Below, in pieces: positions 37,552-48,514 of a stretch of DNA of 48,514 bases (its first letter is position 1; the number at the start of each line of letters is the position of its first letter). Made by a program: the position numbers and the translations under genes. The notes under the pieces are model-generated. The model ran no database searches. It saw nothing but the letters and a program-made list of their open reading frames with translations, and was not told the origin of the DNA. The DNA is from Phoronis australis (lineage: Eukaryota > Animalia > Phoronida): the NCBI GenBank assembly GCA_002633005.1, contig NMRA01000325.1, positions 457,331 to 505,844 of the forward strand. The letters are read 5' to 3'.

Positions 37552-40449
37552 CAATGAGGTCATTTCCAATGACAACACTGACTGCGTTGCAGACCTGTAG
37601 AGTTAAAAAAGTTCCAGTTTATCAAACAATCAACCAGGCGCTAAACTTATGCACCTCATACGCAAGTTTTTAGTATCAACTTTGTCACATTTATAAAGGG
37701 AAAATCTAACTCAAGGCAGACAACGTGACCTTTGTAACAAACAATGGCAAGAGGTCACAGCTGCAATGGCAATTATGAATAATTTTACTTCTCAGGCATT
37801 TTTTCCGTTAAATAGTGGGCATCAGACTGAAACCAATAATTTTATTACAATGTCACTGCGTCATTTCCTGAAAAAACTTGGACTTTATTGAAAATAAACA
37901 TTTTGTTGTGCCTTGTCACGGACGGAAGGGTAATCCGGAAGTAACCGTGACTAGGCTCTTTGACTAAGGTCTGCTGAAAGTTCCGTTGCATTTAATATGC
38001 TCTCAATCACCTCCAAATCCGAGGTCTGAAGTTTTGTTTTCATTCAAAGTTCTTCCAGTATTAAGTAAGTTATCTGAAAAGTCATTTTGAATAAACGTGA
38101 TCCGGAATTGGTATGATGAGAAAAATATACGTACGTTCACGACATTACGTCAAAAGGAATGATGGCGAATATCAATGATATCGAATGACTTATTATTGCA
38201 GCTCGGAGGCCGGTAGCAGCTTGGAACAAGATCCAAAAACCATGCTTCTTTACAGCATTTCCAATCCTACACCAGTTGTAAAAGAATTTTACTTTAAAGT
38301 CAGCTTAACAACGAACCTGCTCGGCTTTTCCTAGCCACACCTTTGGGATTTCCAAGCAGTATGTTTTTTCGAAGAAAACAAAACGTATGTACTGCCATCT
38401 ATTGGTATCTGCAGGAAACTCTGATGACGGGTGAACACAGACAAGTTGTCTCTAATAAGCGCAAATGACATGTAGTGAAAGCCAACGAGCAATTCGCTTG
38501 TTTAGTATTACGTTATTTTGACACTTTGGATTAAGTGAATTTAAAATAAGATAGCAAAATTTAAAACAATTGGCCAAATTTGGGTAGTTCTGTAAATCAT
38601 TTGGCCAATCTTAATCCTCAATTCCCCTGTGACATATAATGCGTTGTCGATTTATCCATTCAAACATATAATTTTGTAAAATTCCCCGTTCTAAATTTTC
38701 CATGTTGTGTCCTGAACCGGAAAAAATCCAAGTCCTGCAAAATTTTGAAAAATGTGTGAATGGATATGTATTCCTATTTTGGGTTATTATAGTGGCGGAC
38801 ACGTCATCAATAAACTTCCGAATTAGCCTTCACAGGCTTTGTGCAATAGGGTTATATAGTCGATGAAATGCGTTGCCAAGGTGCAGGTTTGTGTTTATCG
38901 AGATGCTTCCGATATTTTATAATTAAAGCAAACGTGACGTGAAAATCTGGATGACATAAGAGGCTTTTAAGACATTCAATTGTGACGTGCTGATCCCCAG
39001 CTGGAATCATAGATAGGATTCCCATTACGTTACAAAAAATTAAAAGGAATTTTATAAATGCTGTTAAACTGCGTGCAAGGAAATTCGGATATGGGCGAAG
39101 GTTTACACACTGGGCACGCACCTAAATGCGCGCATACTCCACCACAGTTATAACTTAAGTATTTGTCCACTCCATTGTACAATGCAAAATTTTGGTAATT
39201 TTGGTACCTGTAACAACGTCATGTTACATTTCACGGCTGCATGTTGCAATTCATAAGTTTCAAGTACTTAACAGTTGCAGCCAGGCCAGAATTGAAGCCA
39301 TATGAAGCCTCTTAGATGATCAAGATGTAAAGGGATCACAAATGGGTAACTGATGAATCGAGATTTTGATCTTAAGTCGGAAATAATCCCGCGTTCTGTC
39401 CCAGAATGTAACTCTTAATGTAGACCACTTACTGCTGTGAAGTTGGACTCAGTAACCTCAGTTGCCCCTTACTCAGATGAGAAATTGTTTTTGGGTTTGC
39501 AAAGAATTTACAGTTCGTCATTGCTCGAGACCGTAGGTGCTTGACGCATAAAATAACACCCCTTGACAAGCGAAGTTAAAGAGTCAGGTTTAAAGCAATA
39601 AAGAAGTGTCGTGAGTGTTTTCGAAGCCATCTCCAATTTGACTAAGGAACAACTTGAGACTACCTTGAAACGCAAATTTTGATAATTCTAGACTTATTTC
39701 CTAACAGTATATGGTCTAAATCAAAAGTTGGTGTGATGACAAGTGAGTTCAATGCGGAGTTAACGGGTAGCACAAAGAACATCTAGGTGTTCTAACAGTG
39801 ACACACACGTAAAACATACGTTTTGTACGAACCATTTCGTATTGTAATTAAAATAGTTGAATTACGTTGCCACTTTCGACTGAACCAAATGAAAAGGCTT
39901 CCGTTGAGCCAAAAGTTATCGCAGCCCAAAACTGTCGTAACTCAGGATTTGCTGCGATAAGTGGGATCTTTTGATCGCAACTTGAAGTTTTCACAATTAT
40001 TCATGACTTTTTCAATATTCTTTTTCCGACAGTTTATTCAATTCTCCATTTTTTTCGAAAGAATTTACGGAAGCAATGGCAAATGGTCATGGGAGTCCCA
40101 TCCCTGGAGAGTTTTCCCCAAAATGATGTGTAGGAGAGTGACCTGGTACATTCAAAATCCGAACCAAGGCAATACCTCGGCGAGATCGGGAAAACGGATT
40201 ACCCAAGACAATACCGTGTGTCAAGAATCTTACCTCGGTCGCACCATATTTAATTACCTATAGCAGTAGTAGTAATACAAGCAGCACATTTGTTTATTAA
40301 AGTGACACGTGCTTAAATTTAAACAATTGATTTAGAATTTAAAAAACACCCAGCTCATTTGGCTTATAAGTCGCTGATTACATAGTGATAAACAAACACA
40401 TCTTTGGTTCAATAAATCCTTCTTGAACAAAAACAAAAAGCTCCCTGAA

Positions 40450-40800
40450 CAAATTAATCATTAAAAAGCTAAGCTTATCTGTATCAGAATTTTTTTAAAA
40501 AATGGAATTCAGTTTGCTGGCCTCATTATATCAATTAGTTTTCTACGAAAGTCGCGATACAGAGTACAGTGACACACAAAACGAAGTTTATCTTCTACAG
40601 CATTGAGACCTCATAAGCGACATTACCTATTTTCTGGTTCATTATTAGTGTACCTTCCAACTTAACAAGAACAATAAGATAATAATATGTGTATGTATAT
40701 TCCTCAGCTTTAAATTTTTCTTTAAATGTCATGCAAGTTCTCAATTTAGGTTTTGATCTAATACCCACCTTCCAATTTTCCTCCCCAGTACTTAAGACAA
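40450..40800 (-). mobile_element. LINE ORF2 3'-end remnant
   Basis: SKPKLRTCMTFKEKFKAEEY and a downstream CHCTLYRDFR, typical of non-LTR C-termini. Confidence 0.55.
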
Positions 40801-41084
40801 TAAAATTCATGTTTCACGGTATGGGGACTTGTACTACGTGTTTTTACTGGTCATGATGCGTACGGCGTCGTCATGAGCAAAATCGGCAAACATTCACCGA
40901 CAAGGCATACTTTAGAAGATTGTTTAGCTGCTTACACATGACTTTGTAATGAAACTGTTGGCATACACTCAATGGAAGAATAGTCATTGAGTGTGACAAA
41001 TTACTTTAATAGGGTGCCTGTACTGCCAATGCTTAAGAGCTCTCACTGATTGTTTACACAATGATAAACTTTGAGTGTCAATTT

Positions 41085-43641
41085 TTACTCTGCGCGTGTA
41101 AGCGCAGAGTACTGTTGTTCCTGGGTTTTCTTCAATTTTATTCTTATTCTTATTCTTATTACTCTGCGCGTGTAAGCGCGGAGTACTGTTGTTCCTGGGT
41201 TTTCTTCAATTTTATTCTTCTTATTCTTCATATTCTTATTACTCTGCGCGTGTAAGCGCAGAGTACTGTTGTTCCTGGGTTTTCTTCAATTTTATTCTTA
41301 TGACTCTGCGCGTGTAAGCGCACAGTACTGTTGTTCCTGGGTTTTCTTCAATTTTATTCTTATTCTTCTTATTCTTCCTCCGACCAACTTTGAGGCTTGA
41401 TAACCCCAAATTGGGTGCAGGTACGGTCTTTATATTCAGCATATGACTTTTGACTGACAGAATATAAATTTTGATTGGTTATACAATCGTATTCCATATT
41501 GCACCGGAAGAGGTCGCTTGGTGCAAAGGTCATATAATTTTCAAAATGGTACTCCTTCAGTTTTAAAGCTATCTTTTTCACACAGGTATAAGTCAACATG
41601 ACAGTTTAAAAAATTACTTTTCTAAGTAATCGGGTCATCCAATCAGGTGAAATAGGTCAAAGGTCATTAGGTGCAAACTAAAATTTTAAGCTAGACACTT
41701 CAACTTGACAAGTCTGATTGCCACAGGTAAATCAAATCGGAATCCAAAGTTTCAGGTCATTTAGTGCAAACATGGGGTCATTAGGCGCATTTTTCGTCTG
41801 AAAATTTGACCTTTTCAATCAGCAAGTATTCTGATGTGTCAACTGTTAGACAACTGTGATTCTCAGCGTTAAACACATTTCCCATGGGCTTTGCAATGAT
41901 TCTTCTAAAGATGCTTAAAATGCACCGGATAAGGTCAATTAGTGCAAAGGTCATGTAACGTTCAAAATGTTATATCTCTTACGTTTTTCAAGGAATTCTT
42001 TTCAATTTCAGCACACTGGTGTAAATCAACATGCCAATTGAATACCCTACTTTACTTCGCAATAGCCCTAACCAATCAGAAAAAATAGGTCAAAGGTCAT
42101 TGAGTGCAAACTAAAATTTTGAGCTAGAGACTTCAAAATTACATTTCTGTTTACTAAGTGCTATTGAGTTTGAATTCTAAATTTTCAGGTCATTTGGTGC
42201 ACCCATGGGGTCATTAGGTGCATTTTTCTTCTGAAAGTTTGACCAATTCATTCATCTTGTATTCTGAAGTGCTTAAAGTAAAACATCTAATTTTTAGCAT
42301 TAACCACACTTTTAATCGAGTTAACAATTACTCCCTCATCGGGGCTCATAATGTACCGGAAGAGGTCAATTAGTGGAAGGTCATCAAAAATTTAATATGT
42401 AATTTCTCCTACAATTTGAAAGAATTCCACTTTCATATTGGTAAACGGGTTGCTGTCAGTAACTTCCCATAATAATTCCAGTAATACGCACGCGCAGAGT
42501 CCGTTATTGTCACGCCGTGACAATAATCTTTCTAGTTCTTATTCTTCTTCCGACCAACTTTGAGGCTTAATAACTCCAAATTGGGTGCAGGTACAGTCTT
42601 TAAATTGAGCAGATGAGTTTTGACAGTACATAAATTTTGATTCGTTATATAATCGTATTCTATAATGCGCCGGAAGAGGTCATTTGGTGCAGAGGTCATG
42701 TAATACTTAAAATGCTACTCCTTCTTTATTTTAAAAGCTATTCATTTTAAATTCGGTACGCAGGTATAAGTCAATCAGGCAATTTGAAAATTACTTTTCT
42801 AAGTAATTGGGTCATCCAATCAGGTTAAACAGGTCAAAGGTCATTAGGTGCAATCTAAAATTTTGAGCTAGACACTTCAACTTCACAGGTCTGATTGGCA
42901 CAGGTAATTCAATTCGAAATCTAAAGTTTCAGGTCATTTAGTGCAAACATGGGGTTATTAGGTGCATTTTTCTTCAGAGAATTTGACCTTTTCAATCAGC
43001 AAGTATTCTGATGTGTCAACCGTTAGACAACTGTGATTCTCAGCATTAAACACATTTTTCATGGGCTTTGCAATAATTCTCCTAAAGACGTTTATAATGC
43101 ACCGGATAGAGTTAATTAGTGCAAAGGTCATCTAACATGCCAATTGAATACCCTACTTTACTTCGCAATAGGCCTAACCAATCAGAAAAAATAGGTCAAA
43201 GGTCATTGAGTGCAAACTAAATTTTGAGGTAGAGACTTCAAAATTACATATCTGTTTACTAAGTGCGATTGAGTTTGAATTCTAAATTTTCAGGTCATTT
43301 GGTGCACCCATGGGGTCATTAGGTGCATTTTTCTTCTGAAAGTTTGACCAATTAATTCATTATGTATTCTGAAGTGCTTAAAGTAAAACATCTTTGATTC
43401 TTATCATTAACCACATTTTAAATCGAGTTAACAATTATTCCCTCGTCGGGGTTCATAATGCACCGGAAGAGGTCAATTAGTGGAAAGGTCATCAAAATAT
43501 TAATATGTTATATCTCTTACATTTTTTTAAATTCCTTTTCATATTGGTAAACGGGTTGCTGTCAGTAACTTCCCAAAACAATTCCAGTAATACGCACGCA
43601 CAGTCCATTGTTGTCACGCCGTGACAATAATCTTTCTAGTT
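41085..43641 (-). mobile_element. Two further copies of the same Helentron-like element, order B then A, with four terminal hairpin modules
   Basis: Reverse-complement starts at 43641 and 42537. Hairpin modules at ~41085, 41159, 41239 and 41302, separated by (TTATTC)n. Confidence 0.75.
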
Positions 43642-44879
43642 TACATTTGTTCTTTTTTTGGCTAAATTTTTGTGTTTGAGTACCACCATATAACCATAGA
43701 CAACGCGCATGAGAAGTATACTTGTAATTTGTAGTTTAAGTTATGTGATATTGTATGACACCTACTCTCAAAATATCTGTACGGACTCGTCATGAGCAAC
43801 TGTATACGGTTTCGTATTGAGCTGATTGTGTTTTCAAGTTCTTGTTGCCGTCTAATTATGCATCAATACCAACAGAAAGCAACCCATTCCTATACATATA
43901 AACCAGTATCTTGATAAAAATGCCCTATGACTCTGCAACCGGATTCCCCATCAAACCTTGCTGTCCGATTTACTTCACAGACTATATCTACCAGAAATAA
44001 TTGAGATTTGTTGGTTTCTACGACCTAAACCATGTAAATTCCCTAGCCGACTATTGCGACGACTTCGAACTGGAGGAAATAGTATAAGTACAACAGACCT
44101 CAAGGTTTGTCGCGAGAATGACTCATTACACCGATTACCACACTTACCATTGTAGAACCGTCTATATCTTCTTGAATTTCTCCAATTCCAGTTCACGTCC
44201 CCTCTTAGTGGGCCTACCTCATTCAATCTTAGTGACAAAATGCCACATAGTTTGTGTATACATTCATTCAACTTCAAGCGCAGATGGGGTGGGGATTTGT
44301 TAAAACATTTGTCCCTAATGAGCTACAGTTGTAGCAAATTTCTCAGTTCCTCTACATTCTCATTTTCCTGTTTAAGTCTTTGTTGTCCGTCTTTCAAATT
44401 TGGTTCATCTTCGTAGCCGAACAAGTCAATCTCTCCACCAGACTTATCCACTTTTGATGTAGGCAGTTGCTTAACGTTTGTCATGGCAAAGTTTATTTTC
44501 GATTCTAATGGGTCTCCGCCAGTTTTCTGATATGCTTGAACGCTCACATGAATCTCAAAATCAGTTTCCGTGGAAAAGTTTGAATCCAATACGCCAAAAC
44601 TTTACAGTGTCGTTCGAATACCTCATTGATAGGGTGTTGTTGAGGGTAACAATTCTGCCACGTCTAAATACAGTAAGAATGTTATATTGTCTAAGGGGAA
44701 AGTGACATCTGCATCATGATTAAACTTCAGTGACCCAGGTGTCTGACGTCCCTTAATTCTTTTCAAAGTATCGATCACGCATGGTGTGACATCACATCTT
44801 TCTTTTATTGCTCTGTATTCTCGTCCAAAATCTGTCTCTATATCCCGTTCACACTGTTTTCGCTCTGTGTATTCTTCAG

Positions 44880-45141
44880 CTTTGGGGGGGTCTCGGGGGG
44901 CTCGGAGGAGCCCCCCAATTTGGCGCATTGGGCAAAAAGGTCCGCCTCAGCGAAACGAAAAGTCCGAGTAAACGAGACAAAGGTCCACAAAGTCCACAGG
45001 AATTTGGTCGGCGCGGATGCACAATCGGCAGGCCTGAACCTAGTGGTCCCGTTTTTTTTAATCCTCGTTGATTTGTTTCAGTAAAAAGCCCGCATAACGA
45101 AGAATTTGAGCCCCCCTATATTTTAGGATTGGTGCGCGCAT
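44880..45141 (-). mobile_element. ~260-bp interspersed repeat, copy c
   Basis: TGGGCAAAAAGGTCCGC and GAGCCCCCCTAT...TGGTGCGCGCAT are reverse complements of blocks in copies a and b. Confidence 0.65.
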
Positions 45142-45240
45142 CGCTCTCCCTCTCCCTCCCTCTTACTAGTTGTGTTTATGTCGTTACTTAAAAACTTGGT
45201 CAGAATATTGCTTCAGATGTTTCACCCTTTTAGATCAATA

Positions 45241-47310
45241 ATGGAACCAATGAAGGTTTTGAAGGAGAGACTTCTAACGAATCTCAAAGAGTTTCCAAAC
45301 TCAGTCTGCCTGGACAGATGTCCTGTGAAGGTAATGAAAAATGTTAAGAAAAAGCTGTTGAGCGAGGATGAAGATGACCCACTATAAATATTCTATGAAA
45401 ATGCTAACGAAAATTTACCCTCCCTTTTGGAAATGCAGCTCCGCTAGGGATAGAAACAAAAAGGTACGGGAAGCTGAGTCAAAAATATGGTTGCCTGGGC
45501 TAACTATGCGAACATGCTTATCAAAAGTGAAAACCTGGGAAAGGCAGAAAAAAATATTAGCGAACTCAAGCGTATGGTGAGCAAACAGAATTATGCGGAA
45601 CAGGTAACTAACGCAAAGGCATAACTAGCTTATTCCTACTCAAAGCTTGGACCAAGGTATCACCCACACCCTATAAATATGTATGGTGAAGTATTGGCAG
45701 CACATCCTGAGAAATGGCAATGGAGCTATAGATATGGGGTCGTTCTACAAAGGTGTCTCAATGCAGAAGCATACATCGACGACAAAGATTTCGATGCTAG
45801 CAGTATGTCTATTGAAGGAGTCCGGTCTCTCATGAAAGTTATCGACTGTCCCGATGTTGAACAAGCATGTTTGGCAAAGACTTGGAGAAAGATAGGCACC
45901 ATGACGTGGTTGTATTCCGGCATACCATCTGTGTACAAAAAACCGAACGATCTGGCTACAGATTGTGTTTCGGACATTTGTAAAGAAAAATCCATACCGG
46001 AGTTAAATGATGCATATTGCATGGAAAAAGACATCGAACTAGCCCCAGATGACCGTACCGTTCTGCAGGAATGTGGACGATTTTACCACAGACGTGAACA
46101 TCAAAACTTAAAGAAAGCAAGACAGTACTTAGAGGAGTCTTACAGAATACATCGGACTACATTCAATTGCTTGCATTTAGGCCTCGTGGACGTGGATGAG
46201 TGGAATGTGGAGGTAAGGACCAAAAATCAGTGAACCTGGATGATTAAAAAGAAACTTTCTTTCGATCAGCCTGCAAGTAGAGAAGAGAAAAAGGGTTTCA
46301 CAAATCGTGCTCTTGAAAGGTTTGAAGAAGCAAGTCAATAGCGGAGTTGCAACGCCGCCATATTGGAAATGGGTCAGAATGTTGCATTGTGGTTAAGCTG
46401 GTAAACAAGTACGNAGTGGAATGTGGAGGTAAGGACCAAAAATCAGTGAACCTGGATGATTAAAAAGAAACTTTCTTTCGATCAGCCTGCTAGTAGAGAA
46501 GAGAAAAAGGGTTTCACAAATCGTGCTCTTGAAAGGTTTGAAGAAGCAAGTCAATTATGTGAGCGTACTTCAGTGCCTGCGCTCTTCAACAAGGGAATAA
46601 CATATCGTCGGCTCAATAAGCCAGTAGATGCAATGAAGTGTTTTGAAGCGGTGTTAGATATTCATAGGTGCAACTTAATGAACAAGATTAACTGTTATGA
46701 ACAACAGGGCTTCTGTTATGTGAAATTGTCACAAGAAGAAAATGATGAAGAAAAAAAAGAGATTGAGGAAGACGCCATTGTAATGTTTTTCTTTGCCGTT
46801 GAGTACGCTGTCTATCTTTCTGTCGCTTCCTTTTCGTTAAACCTACCCATCATGTTATACTTTGCAAGACCTTCTCGAGGCTAAAACAGAGAAATATCCC
46901 AGAGAATGTACTAGAGGCCATAAGCAATTTACTCGCCTGGATCAATTACTCGGACAGTATGCACGTGCGCTGAAATACTTTGATGAAGTTACATGTATAA
47001 ATTTGATCCAAGCGATTTCGATGCTTATTTGGATAAGGCCATTTTGCATATGTCAAAAGGAGAATACCAGGAAGTCGTAAACCTGCTAATGATGTTGTTG
47101 CCTACTGTTCTCATAGAGTGTGTCCTTAAGATCAAACAGATTCTGATCGACGCTGCGGTAATGGTTGCTGAGCGAAATCTGAAAAAGGGAAGGAAAGCAT
47201 AGCTAAGGGATACTTCCAGAGAGCTTATAAGGCTGTGTTTGAGGTGGAGGTTATTCTAAGACCTGACGCGTATGACATTTATCTCACTGGCCAAGAATCT
47301 GATGAAAACA
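45241..47310 (+). pseudogene. Inverted pseudogene of the TPR-TIR family, closest to copy 1
   Basis: High similarity to copy 1, including the upstream intron (TTTTAG|ATCAATA ATG). Lesions: stops at 45385, 45622 and 46231; a ~23-bp deletion at ~45440; ~740 bp of linker missing; several frameshifts; truncated just after YDIYLTGQESDEN. Confidence 0.93.
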
Positions 47311-47332
47311 GAATACTTCTAGAGACCTGGGG

Positions 47333-47438
47333 GACCACCATCTCTAGCTGACCCGACTAGAGACAGTGACCACCATCTCTAGCTGACCCGACTAGAGACA
47401 GTGACCACCATCTCTAGCTGACCCGACTAGAGACAGTG
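47333..47438. repeat. 3 x 35-bp perfect tandem repeat with internal hairpin
   Basis: GACCACCATCTCTAGCTGACCCGACTAGAGACAGT at 47333, 47368 and 47403. Stem TCTCTAG/CTAGAGA. Confidence 0.95.
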
Positions 47439-48117
47439 AAGCTCCTATAGGCACTTCATACGCCGAAAGCTTTTTTGCGAATTATTGCAGTGAACTCCAC
47501 CAAGCTGGCATTATAGGGCAAGAGTACTCACCATGCTCTGCTCTGTCAGAGGGTTCTCAAAAATAGTCTATACTGATGGTTGACTGTCAACTGAATGACT
47601 TCACTCTTAAGCCACGTCTTCGTAGCCCCAACATGAGCATCTTGACAGTTAAGATTCTCAAAGGTCAATGTAATACACCAAGTACACACTGAATATTATT
47701 ACTAACACACAAAATGTATAAACGCATAGGTTCTCAATATTTTGCTCAAAATTTCCTAGACAAATGCTGGTTAGCGCGAGCACAACAGGGCTTTCTTCCA
47801 ATGCAACAAGAGCGAAAGAGGCTGAACATGCGGGCTCAGCGGACAACCCGAATATCACCAGCAGACCCTGACTGGCCAAAACAAAAGACCAGTTAGCCAC
47901 AAGAGGGGTTAACGTAACAAGCAATTAGGCAATCCTAACAAACCTGACCTGAAGGGTCAGAGGACACATACCTGTCAGTTTCAGAGTTCATCACATTAGG
48001 CCTCACACTGATTAAAAAATCAAAGTCACGTTGTTTTAAGTACCTTTTGTGTATAGAGGAATGCTATAAGAGGACGTCGTTGTCTTTAATTCCTTTGGAC
48101 TCAAACAAATACTCCCG

Positions 48118-48297
48118 TAATCAAACTTTTTGTTTGAGCAGTTCTTCGTTCAGTTGCCCAAATTGGCAACTGGCCATTTTCAATTCTGCGTGCCAGGTGG
48201 TATGACATCATGTCTCCTGCGCGTGCAGTGTTAAAAATGGCCAGTTGCGGATTTGGGAAACTGAACGAAGGACTATTCGTAAAAAGAGTTTGATTGC
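48118..48297. mobile_element. ~180-bp imperfect palindrome (foldback MITE-like)
   Basis: CTTCGTTCAGTTGCCCAAATTGGCAACTGGCCATTTTT pairs with AAAAATGGCCAGTTGCGGATTTGGGAAACTGAACGAAG. Confidence 0.75.
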
Positions 48298-48514
48298 AAT
48301 CAAAGCATAAATGGCTCAGTTCTCGATTCTGGTAAATGAAGGAAGGATCATTCGGAAAGATTTGTTGATTGCGTGGAAAGATTTAAAGACTCCAACTTCC
48401 TTCTAATATGGCCAAGTACACTTGAAAGGTACATATTATTTACAGTAATTTAACAATTTAGCCAGGGTTAAGCATAATTTGCAGAAAATCTTACAGCGTA
48501 CAGGCTACATTAGG

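Noticed and set aside
41085-41370. CRISPR-like look of palindromic repeats with spacers (also 47333-47438 and 1068-1510)
   Set aside because: Spacers are microsatellite, absent or mutually similar; there are no cas genes and the context is eukaryotic.
43958-44880. Short minus-strand ORFs with a coiled-coil-like segment (possible LINE ORF1 remnant)
   Set aside because: No diagnostic motif recognised, so it is not called.

Overview
Repeat-rich eukaryotic scaffold, most likely from a marine invertebrate (the organism cannot be fixed from this window), with assembly gaps. The host content is a three-member cluster of one gene family with uninterrupted coding regions: two intact minus-strand copies (8341-11331, 996 aa; 29550-32045, 831 aa) and an inverted, decayed plus-strand copy (45241-47310). 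The proteins have a TTC22/IFIT-like TPR N-terminus, a Ser-rich linker carrying beta-TrCP-type DSGxxS/DSAxxS motifs (expanded to 4 x 50 aa in copy 1), more TPRs, and a divergent C-terminal TIR-like domain. All three copies share a splice acceptor 7 nt upstream of the ATG, and copy 2 has an NF-kB/IRF-like motif cluster upstream. Together this suggests an IFIT-like innate-immune sensor-effector locus under birth-and-death evolution (inference). Much of the rest is transposon debris: LINE, BEL/Pao, probable Gypsy, pogo-like DDE, hAT, several MITEs, and nested ~1.2-kb Helentron-like non-autonomous elements arranged as a large inverted repeat. All family assignments come from motif recognition by eye, not from database searches.
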